A stretch of 59,312 nt of DNA from Candidatus Falkowbacteria bacterium RIFOXYC2_FULL_36_12. Its GTDB lineage: Bacteria; Patescibacteriota; Patescibacteriia; UBA11705. The position numbers and the translations under genes were made by a program. The stretch covers positions 1 to 59,312 of the forward strand of contig MFGJ01000008.1 in NCBI GenBank assembly GCA_001778235.1, in the 5' to 3' direction. The notes under the pieces were generated by a model. The model was not told where the DNA came from. It ran no database searches and was given only the letters and a program-made list of their open reading frames with translations. Positions within the stretch are counted from its first letter, which is position 1, and each line of letters starts with the position of its first letter. This document shows, piece by piece, positions 8,570 to 15,840 of this stretch.

Positions 8570-11269
8570 TTATTTTACTGAAACTCTATTTTGTTCGTCC
8601 CTTAAATTCTTTTGTTTTTCTCGTTGTCGATCAATTTGGTTATTAAAATCTTGCTGTTCAGCTGGAGTAGCTGCACTATTTCGCTGACCTTCAAGTTTGG
8701 TAATTTTATCTTTAATTTGAGTTTCACGAGCCTTTAAGACTTTATCAGCATAAGCTTTGGCAATATCAGTGAATTCACCACCTTGGAGTCTCGGATTATT
8801 GGCAATAGCCTTGACTTCAATCATATGCTTTTGAACTTCAGGATCTGACAATATCGCAGGATCATCTTCGGGCACACCAAGTGAAGTCGCCGCCGCAGTT
8901 ACAGCTTCTTTGAATGAAGCTGCCAATTCTCCAACTATTTCCTTTGCTCTTCCAGCTTGACCAACCGCTACCATATCCCCAACCTGTCTATCAGTTATAT
9001 TCCTTGCCATTGCTCTTTTATTATCAGGCAATTGAGCTGAAATATCTATTTTTGCCAATTCTTCACCACGCAGACCACGAACATAATCCCCAATTGCTTG
9101 TTTTTTCTGATCAACCGTAGCTGGGATAACCACACCACTACCATCAACACCACGGTTGGCAAATGACGCCTCCATATCTTTGGTAATTTCAGCGTGTGAT
9201 CTTTGAAGTTGAGATACCTGATCTTTATCACCAGCAGTATTGGCAACTCCCATTCTTTTTTGTAAAACCTTTAATCCAGCATCTTTTGCCGTTGGCGAAG
9301 CATCAACCATTTTTACAATTGCCTCACCCATTTGTCGTGGTTTCAAAACTTTTGAAGCAATATCCATCACTCCTTGATCTGACAAAACACTCGGATCCAA
9401 ATTTTCCAATTTTAATTTTTTATCCTTAAAAGCTTTTTCCATGTCGCGTCTGCCAGCAGTAGTCGCAGTATCATATTTCAAATGACCAAATTTTGCCCCC
9501 ATCTTCTTATCCAGATTATCTAACACCCCTGACATTCCACTATATGCACTTCTAATTTGTTGAATTGATTTATGATCCTGTTCACCATCAAGCATGTCTC
9601 CTTCAGCCATTCTCTGCAGAGCAGCAGCTCTCTCTTCTTTTGAAGCACCCTGATTTCCCAATATACCCCGCAATATTTTTTCACCTTTTGGTCCTTCATA
9701 AGTCTTCATTTTTTTCATTTTCTCCTCAATAATCTGGTTTGTTGCTCCAGACTCTATTGCTTCCATTCTACTACCAGCTTTTCTCCAACCACCAACAGTT
9801 CCTTCAGTAAAGGTTGACAAGCCACCTTCGGCCGCACTCCTGATGAACTTGCTTTTTGCCGCCGCCGCCACTCCAGCGCCAATTCCGCCTCCAGTTGCCC
9901 TTGACTGACGAAAAGCTTCAGTCATTGAACTTACAGAAGCTCGGACAGCCCCAATCGGTGCTTTTAGAACTCCGCCAGCCATCCCCAAAGCCCCACCAAT
10001 TGGCCTGGCAATTGTTTTACCAATTAATTCCGAACCTTTCTGTACAACTTTTCTTTTTATAGCTGGAATTGCTTTTTTCTGAACATAGTCTCTTGAGTAA
10101 TTATAACCAGAATATTTTTTACCTTTGTCAGTCGCCCATTTTGCCGTTGCCGCCGCAAACCCAGAACCCAATTGTTTAGTCACTTCATAAGAAGCGTAAA
10201 GCATTGTTAATGAAATAACAAACGGTAAAAATCTTTCAATTGATTCAAGCGGATGTTGTGTTGCTCCACCAGATTCTTGCGCTACCAACCGTGATTCAGT
10301 TGTAATTTGATCTGTCAAAACATTTTCTTGAGTATTGGACATCACCATCAATGATAACCAAAGAAAAAAAGCCAACACCGGACCAATAATCAAATAATTA
10401 CTAAAGGACTTCCACCACATCGCAGTATATTTATCAAGAAATTTAAACCCAATAAATCGCAAAAACCCAAATGGTGATGTAACTACCAGAAGCCAAATCA
10501 TCACAATTCTAAGCGCCAAAACCGAAATTATCATAAAAGTTATAATTCCAGTTGCTCCAAGAAATATAATGGTAAAAACCATGTTAGCAAAAATTTCAAA
10601 CCAATCACTCTGAAACCCATCAGATAGACTTGCCGCTTCAGTCTTGAAAGAAAAATAATCCCTCATACCAATACCTTCAATCAAATTGGCACCAGCGGTA
10701 GCAGCATAACCATTAACAAAAGTCATCATCACTACTTGTGCAATATCAATCATCAAAGCGCAGATAAGTTTACTAAAATTAATCAATATGGCAATCACCA
10801 ACAATTTTACCAGAACTCCCTTGTCTCCGACTTTTGATTCTAGTCGTAATATCATGGCAAAAGCATAAACCAACAGTAATACCACGATCATCATGTTGCA
10901 TAAATCACGAATTATCACCCAGCCTTTATTGACCGCTACACTCCCAACAAAATTATCATAAGTGCTAAGAAGTATCAGCAAAACAAAAATCTGTTTTACG
11001 ATTAATGCCATGACATAAGCAATACCATAGGCAATATAAGCCAAAATCTTTGACACAAAGGCGAGCACACCTCCACCAACCGCAGCAATCACACTACCTT
11101 CTTCAGCCAAAACACTATTGCCCATCAATATTCCAACCAACAATAAAACCAAAAGACAACCAACAAAAAGTTTGGTGTTTCTCGGTCTGAATAAATTTAA
11201 AATTCGTGCAATACTAAAATGATAAAACTGTTTAATTTTAGCTGCAATCATGTATAATTTAAAACGCAT
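8570..11269 (-). CDS. Polytopic membrane protein, VirB6/TrbL-like, with a ~450-aa hydrophilic C-terminal extension
   Basis: Signal/TM at the N-terminus, then about 8-9 hydrophobic helices over the first ~370 aa, a G/A-rich linker (GGALGMAGGVLKAPIGA...ATGGGIGAGVAAAAKSK) and a charged tail. First gene of the block. Family call comes from topology and context. Confidence 0.45.
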   Translation of the reverse strand: MRFKLYMIAAKIKQFYHFSIARILNLFRPRNTKLFVGCLLVLLLVGILMGNSVLAEEGSVIAAVGGGVLAFVSKILAYIAYGIAYVMALIVKQIFVLLILLSTYDNFVGSVAVNKGWVIIRDLCNMMIVVLLLVYAFAMILRLESKVGDKGVLVKLLVIAILINFSKLICALMIDIAQVVMMTFVNGYAATAGANLIEGIGMRDYFSFKTEAASLSDGFQSDWFEIFANMVFTIIFLGATGIITFMIISVLALRIVMIWLLVVTSPFGFLRFIGFKFLDKYTAMWWKSFSNYLIIGPVLAFFLWLSLMVMSNTQENVLTDQITTESRLVAQESGGATQHPLESIERFLPFVISLTMLYASYEVTKQLGSGFAAATAKWATDKGKKYSGYNYSRDYVQKKAIPAIKRKVVQKGSELIGKTIARPIGGALGMAGGVLKAPIGAVRASVSSMTEAFRQSRATGGGIGAGVAAAAKSKFIRSAAEGGLSTFTEGTVGGWRKAGSRMEAIESGATNQIIEEKMKKMKTYEGPKGEKILRGILGNQGASKEERAAALQRMAEGDMLDGEQDHKSIQQIRSAYSGMSGVLDNLDKKMGAKFGHLKYDTATTAGRRDMEKAFKDKKLKLENLDPSVLSDQGVMDIASKVLKPRQMGEAIVKMVDASPTAKDAGLKVLQKRMGVANTAGDKDQVSQLQRSHAEITKDMEASFANRGVDGSGVVIPATVDQKKQAIGDYVRGLRGEELAKIDISAQLPDNKRAMARNITDRQVGDMVAVGQAGRAKEIVGELAASFKEAVTAAATSLGVPEDDPAILSDPEVQKHMIEVKAIANNPRLQGGEFTDIAKAYADKVLKARETQIKDKITKLEGQRNSAATPAEQQDFNNQIDRQREKQKNLRDEQNRVSVK

Positions 11270-11304
11270 GCACCACTATTTAAATGGCTAATTTTTCTAT
11301 CTAA

Positions 11305-11333
11305 ATTATACCACAAATCACCCATTCAAACAA
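11305..11333 (-). promoter_or_regulatory. Extended -10 promoter upstream of the VirB6-like gene
   Basis: Minus strand reads TTGTTT (11333-11328), a 17-nt spacer, then TGgTATAAT (-10 at 11310-11305). About 35 nt upstream of the ATG at 11269. Confidence 0.45.
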
Positions 11334-11438
11334 AACCAACTAAAACAACTTATCAACAAATAAAACAGCTTTAGCAAAACCAATCACTTACTTTAAACCC
11401 CACTAACATGATCAGCATCGAAATTTAAAAATTTTACT

Positions 11439-11885
11439 TTGTCATCCTGAATCCTGTCTGCCGAAAGGCAGGTTGTTTCAGGATATAATTCTTCAACTTA
11501 CACTTGTCATCCTGAACTTGCTTGTCCATCGAAGTTTTAACGAAGATGGATTTCAGGATATAATTCTTCAACTTACACTTGTCATCCTGAACTTGTTTCA
11601 GGGTATGATTCTACGCCCCTCACTTGTCACCCTGAACTTGTTTCAGGATATAATTCTTCAACTTACACTTGTCATCCTGAACTTGCTTGTCCATCGAAGT
11701 TTTAACGAAGATGGATTTCAGGGTATGATTCTACGCCCCTCACTCGTCACCCTAAACCCTATACTCGTCACCCTAAACCCTACACTCGTCACCCTAAACC
11801 CAACACTCGTCATCCTGAACCCTACACTCGTCATCCTGAACTTGTTTCAGGATCTCCGGGTACTGTTTCAGGATCTCCGGGTACT
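11439..11885. repeat. Array of nested palindromic (REP/BIME-like) repeats
   Basis: Ten copies of the core gtca[tc]cct[ga]aac and seven of its complement tttcagg[ag]t form short hairpins. Two units carry an inserted hairpin (tccatcgaag...gaagatgga). Five 21-nt tandem units run from 11742 (four complete, 11742-11825; a fifth starting at 11826 runs into the next repeat). A 21-nt unit tgtttcaggatctccgggtac occurs twice. Confidence 0.9.
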
Positions 11886-11956
11886 ATTTTCATCATCTCT
11901 AGATATTCTTGCGAAGCCTTCAAACTTAATATACAACAACTTCAAAATTTACAAAC

Positions 11957-12036
11957 AAAAACACATCGACATCTATCATCACCCTGAAACTGGCAACCTA
12001 GAAGCTACCAATAATAACAAATGTCGATGTGTTTTT
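11957..12036 (-). terminator. 16-bp perfect inverted repeat with a 48-nt loop, downstream of the lipoprotein gene
   Basis: aaaaacacatcgacat (11957-11972) pairs with atgtcgatgtgttttt (12021-12036). On the minus strand the stem is followed by tttttgtttgt. The loop contains tcaccctgaaac, a fragment of the repeat-family core. Confidence 0.4.
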
Positions 12037-12043
12037 ATTTTAT

Positions 12044-12475
12044 TTATCGAAAATTTAAACCCTCAAAATCAGCTTCTGGACTATCATAAACTTCGCTCGA
12101 AACATTAGAATCATAGGAATCCTCATCCCAATTTAGAGAATCAGGTACTGCCTCTGGGCTATCATAAACCTCTGAATCATTATAATAATTACTATTATCT
12201 AAAATTGGGTTTTGAAAATTCAACGAACTTGGATCTGCCTCCGGAGAATCTAGGACTGGGTTATTATTTTGAGCCGAGGAGCCTGACACCGCAGTTGCAA
12301 CATTATTAACTGGTTCTGTTTCCCGAATAGCAGAATCCTCAACAACTTCTACAGTCGGAACAACCACTTGAGCTTGCTGATTATCTTGACTTACTTGATC
12401 CTCGCACGATGCACCAAGTAGCAAGAAAATAAATACAAACAATATTATAGAAATTTTTCTCATAAACTTATACAA
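12044..12475 (-). CDS. Small secreted or lipoprotein with three DSPEA-x-LN(F/W) motifs
   Basis: Signal peptide ISIILFVFIFLLLGASC (possible lipobox). Repeats: VLDSPEADPSSLNF, VYDSPEAVPDSLNW, VYDSPEADFEGLNF. Alternative start at 12463. Confidence 0.6.
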   Translation of the reverse strand: MYKFMRKISIILFVFIFLLLGASCEDQVSQDNQQAQVVVPTVEVVEDSAIRETEPVNNVATAVSGSSAQNNNPVLDSPEADPSSLNFQNPILDNSNYYNDSEVYDSPEAVPDSLNWDEDSYDSNVSSEVYDSPEADFEGLNFR

Positions 12476-12523
12476 ATTATTAATTTCATCATATCATATT
12501 TATTTTCAAAACTAAATAATATT

Positions 12524-14389
12524 TTATGACGATTTTATTTTTGTTTTAAAGAATTGTACGAGATGTCCGAAGTTCAACCTGATAAAACCCATAATAACAT
12601 TCCTCTTCCAAATAACTACTCCTACAATCAGGAGTAAAAACAAAATCCCCGTCAATAAATACTTTTGCCAATTCTCATTTTCGCCAATAGTCGCAACCAT
12701 ACTTAGCGGGACAGCCAAACCTATCAATTCATCAGCCATTACTTCTTCAACAATCAAATCATTCTCACTTCTTGGTAAAATTTGAAATTCAGTTTCACTT
12801 TTGATCAAGACACCAACCACTGACAACGAATCTCCAACTTCATACATTTTACCAGCCAGACCAGTATTTGGTTTTAACACTACAAAAAACTCCCCAAATT
12901 CATCAGCCAAGGTTAATTTACTTCCTGACTTATCAACCAACTCTCCTGAAATTTTAACTAATTTTGCAACAAAATTTTCGTTAACATTTTCTAATTGTAG
13001 CTGTTCAGGGACAATTTCAGTTTCTTGGTCTAACAAAGAAAAATCATCAAGCAACACTCTTTTTTCGCCTTTGCTTTCAGACACCCGACCCTGAATTTTC
13101 ACCACTTGTCCCTCTGTCAAATCATCGGGCCAAAGAGCCTTTGAACTGTACAACTGTATGCCATCAAGATACATTATTTGCTTCCCGAAAATATTCGGGA
13201 GTACAATTATCTTTCCTTCAAATTCAATTTTTTTTCCTTTTTCAATATTCTTAATTTCAGCAATCTCAACTCGTGAATACTCATTAGTAATTGGTTCATC
13301 ACTTTCTTGTTTTTTATCTTCATCGCGCACCATTGCAACTTCAAAATCATCTTCAGTGTTTAAAATATTCTCTTCATCTGGCGTGATACTATTAGTCCAA
13401 ACCCATTCTTGCCCAAACAAACTAAAAGAATTATTTTCTTCTACCTCCTCATAACTACACTGATCAATTATTATTTCACCGTCCAATAATCTAACTTCAT
13501 CACTGGTATTATTCAAAGTCAACCTTGTAATGTCATTGGAAAAAATATGATACTCACCCGGACCGATAATAACATTGGAAATTAAATATGGCGCACTCCC
13601 GCCATCAATATCATCAAGATACAAACCTGACAAATCAAGCGCTTCTGAACCAAAATTAAACAGCTCAATCCACTCCTTAGCGACATCACTACCAGCCGGA
13701 TCAGGGAAGATTTCATTCAGTTTTATTGTCCAATTTATCTCCTCTATTTTTTCATCAATAATCTCCTGATTTTCCTCCAGCACTTCATCTTGATCCTCAA
13801 TTATTTCTTCAATTATATTTTCCATTCCAGGTGTCACTATTGTTGTCACCACAAAATCTTCAAAATCATTATTTCTTTCTTGGTTAATAGCTTTTCTAAC
13901 AACAGAATATGGATCAACAGCTGACAAAGCATTATCAGTCAAATCGCCATCATCAAAATCACCATAGCTAACTTTATCAATCAATATTTCTTCATACATT
14001 AAATTTATAATATCACCAGAATTATTAAGGCTGGAAACTTCAAACATTTTATAGTCAAATGAATCCAAATGACCAGTCAACATAAATTTCCGTCCAGAGC
14101 CTTCAGTTAGATAAAAATTTTCCAAATTCACACTTCTTTCAGTTGTATTATATACTTCCACCCATTCTGTTCCACCACTGACTGGATCAGATACAAACTC
14201 ACTGATTACAATCATACCTTCAAATATTTTATCCTCTCCACCAAGAGTTAAATTATCTAGATTATACTCACAAGCACAACTGCAACTACACTGAAAATCA
14301 TCACTATTTATAGACATATCTTGAGCCAAAACATTTTTTCCAAAAAATATTACACCCAAAATAATAATTGCTAATACTATTTTTTTCAT
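12524..14389 (-). CDS. Surface protein with two lamin-tail domains (LTD), two OB-fold-like modules and a C-terminal TM anchor
   Basis: LTD-like ISEFVSDPVSGGTEWVEVYNTTERSVNLENFYL and LNEIFPDPAGSDVAKEWIELFNFGSEALDLSGLYLDD. OB-like EIAEIKNIEKGKKIEFEGKIIVLP... and VAKLVKISGELVDKSGSKLTLADEFGEFFVVL. N-terminal signal; C-terminal TM LLTGILFLLLIVGVVIW. AGGAGG sits 6 nt before the ATG. Confidence 0.7.
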   Translation of the reverse strand: MKKIVLAIIILGVIFFGKNVLAQDMSINSDDFQCSCSCACEYNLDNLTLGGEDKIFEGMIVISEFVSDPVSGGTEWVEVYNTTERSVNLENFYLTEGSGRKFMLTGHLDSFDYKMFEVSSLNNSGDIINLMYEEILIDKVSYGDFDDGDLTDNALSAVDPYSVVRKAINQERNNDFEDFVVTTIVTPGMENIIEEIIEDQDEVLEENQEIIDEKIEEINWTIKLNEIFPDPAGSDVAKEWIELFNFGSEALDLSGLYLDDIDGGSAPYLISNVIIGPGEYHIFSNDITRLTLNNTSDEVRLLDGEIIIDQCSYEEVEENNSFSLFGQEWVWTNSITPDEENILNTEDDFEVAMVRDEDKKQESDEPITNEYSRVEIAEIKNIEKGKKIEFEGKIIVLPNIFGKQIMYLDGIQLYSSKALWPDDLTEGQVVKIQGRVSESKGEKRVLLDDFSLLDQETEIVPEQLQLENVNENFVAKLVKISGELVDKSGSKLTLADEFGEFFVVLKPNTGLAGKMYEVGDSLSVVGVLIKSETEFQILPRSENDLIVEEVMADELIGLAVPLSMVATIGENENWQKYLLTGILFLLLIVGVVIWKRNVIMGFIRLNFGHLVQFFKTKIKSS

Positions 14390-14403
14390 ACAACCCTCCT
14401 AGA

Positions 14404-14439
14404 GGGGCTTAGCAGCACAAAAGCTGTCCGCTAAGCCCC
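14404..14439 (-). terminator. GC-rich hairpin downstream of the RAYT-like gene
   Basis: ggggcttagc (14404-14413) pairs with gctaagcccc (14430-14439), with a 16-nt loop. No clear T-tract follows, so terminator function is uncertain. Confidence 0.35.
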
Positions 14440-14456
14440 ATTAATAATTAGATAAA

Positions 14457-15152
14457 CTAAGCTGCTAACTTTTCTAAAATTTCTTCTGACACATACAAAT
14501 ATGGATAATCTTGAGCTTTTTCAACAAATTGCCATCTATCCCTGACAGGTGCATCCAAAACATATTGAATGTTCTTCATCAATTTATCTTCATTATTAAG
14601 CAGGAACAATTTAGATTTTGCCTCCCAAACTTTATACCTTTTTACATTGTCATATTTCTTAGCTTCCTGCTTAAAATCCCAAAGAATTTTTCTTGGTTTT
14701 GATCGACTAACTTTCTCATTATTCTCAAATAAATCTAACAACTTATATTGATAATCATCACCTTTTGACTCTTCAACCAAATTTTTTATAATTTCCAGTG
14801 TTACATTTTTCTTTACTTCGCCATAAACCGAAGCCGGATCATCACTTTTTTCACTAAGCCGAAAAACCCAATAAAAATGATTTGGCATTATGACATAAGC
14901 CAAACTTTTAACATCATGTTTGAGCTCTGCCAATTTAAACCCATTTACCAATAAATCCATGTATTCTGGAGTTACAAATACATTCTTTTTATTAATAATG
15001 GCAGAGGCATACATGTATGTTCCTCCCACCTGACGCAAGGGGACATACCCCTGCTGGTCACTTGATTGACCCGCATTACTGACAGTTGTTTTGTCAGCGT
15101 TGTTGTAATTTGTTTGAGTTACAACGGTTTTTAATTGTTCTTTTGTAGACAT
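14457..15152 (-). CDS. IS200/IS605-type Y1 (HUH) transposase homolog, RAYT-like, with a degenerate HUH motif
   Basis: LAYVIMPNHFYWVF aligns with the MPNHvHll HUH motif (here H-F-Y). C-terminal KVWEAKSKLFLL...NIQYVLDAPVRDRW...DYPYLYV aligns with vWq.rf.d..i...YI..NPv.agl...dYpwSS, which carries the catalytic Tyr. Confidence 0.55.
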   Translation of the reverse strand: MSTKEQLKTVVTQTNYNNADKTTVSNAGQSSDQQGYVPLRQVGGTYMYASAIINKKNVFVTPEYMDLLVNGFKLAELKHDVKSLAYVIMPNHFYWVFRLSEKSDDPASVYGEVKKNVTLEIIKNLVEESKGDDYQYKLLDLFENNEKVSRSKPRKILWDFKQEAKKYDNVKRYKVWEAKSKLFLLNNEDKLMKNIQYVLDAPVRDRWQFVEKAQDYPYLYVSEEILEKLAA

Positions 15153-15361
15153 AGTTTTTAGGCTTTAATTTTTATTAAAGCAATTAATTTTTAAACCTAC
15201 CATGCAACTTAGTTCTAACTATATTATTTCAGCTATTTCTGGCCGAAACAACCCAAGGTTGACGACTCACCCGAACAAAAAAATCTCCATTTTGAAAGAA
15301 GAACTTTATCTCTAACAAAATTTTGTCTGTCTAGGATAACATCATTAAAATAATTTTCTTC

Positions 15362-15390
15362 TTGACAAATATTAAAATTAAGATTATTAT
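15362..15390 (+). promoter_or_regulatory. Near-consensus sigma70 promoter of the lipoprotein gene
   Basis: TTGACA (15362-15367), a 17-nt spacer, then TATTAT (15385-15390). The TTG that opens the track ORF is the -35 element itself. Confidence 0.6.
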
Positions 15391-15421
15391 GAAACTTCCT
15401 CAACCAGAAGGAGACACAACC

Positions 15422-15790
15422 ATGAGGCCTATCAGACTTCTTCTGTCACTGATGATAGCCTTCCTGTTCGGCTGTCAAAGCGATCTTACAAAAATCATAA
15501 CCCAGACTGAAGGATTACAAAAAATCGAACAAACACAAGGAATTATCTTATACGGTTTTTGTTCCTTTCGAACTTTTGATCGGGGAATTTTACTGAACAC
15601 CAACGATTATCCCCTTAAGATTCGCCAAGTGGAACAAACTGCCTATGGTGAAATAACAGCATCAATGAAATTCCTTCCTTCAAAATCGATACTACAATTA
15701 TCAATATCACCACACCAGATCGCCGTTTACATCTACACAATTAATGGCGCTCTGATTAGTTTTATTGCTTGTAAATGTCCTAAAAAATAA
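15422..15790 (+). CDS. Lipoprotein, unknown function
   Basis: MRPIRLLLSLMIAFLFGC has a lipobox (LFGC). AAGGAG sits 9 nt upstream of the ATG at 15422. Confidence 0.65.
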   Translation: MRPIRLLLSLMIAFLFGCQSDLTKIITQTEGLQKIEQTQGIILYGFCSFRTFDRGILLNTNDYPLKIRQVEQTAYGEITASMKFLPSKSILQLSISPHQIAVYIYTINGALISFIACKCPKK

Positions 15791-15792
15791 AA

Positions 15793-15827
15793 AACTCTTG
15801 CTAACATGCAAAAGTTCTTTTTATTTT
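15793..15827. terminator. Bidirectional rho-independent terminator between convergent genes
   Basis: Stem aactcttgc/gcaaaagtt (one mismatch), loop taacat, followed by ctttttatttt and preceded by an A-run. Confidence 0.55.
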
Positions 15828-15840
15828 AAACTAATTTTAT

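Noticed and set aside
1358-11333. Integrative conjugative element or prophage
   Set aside because: No integrase, relaxase, replication or partition genes and no flanking direct repeats are visible, and the neighbours are murG and comFC. An ICE cannot be fully excluded because the left boundary is near the window edge.
11439-11885. Possible CRISPR array
   Set aside because: The segments between repeat cores are themselves repeated. Unit lengths vary (21, 45 and about 75 nt), the repeats are self-complementary hairpins packed back to back, and I could not recognise a cas gene anywhere in the window.
11473-12108. 211-aa plus-strand ORF
   Set aside because: It is a read-through of the palindromic repeat array (iterated LQLTLVILNL / LVTLNP peptides). 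It has no RBS and starts at a non-ATG codon, so it is a translation artefact.
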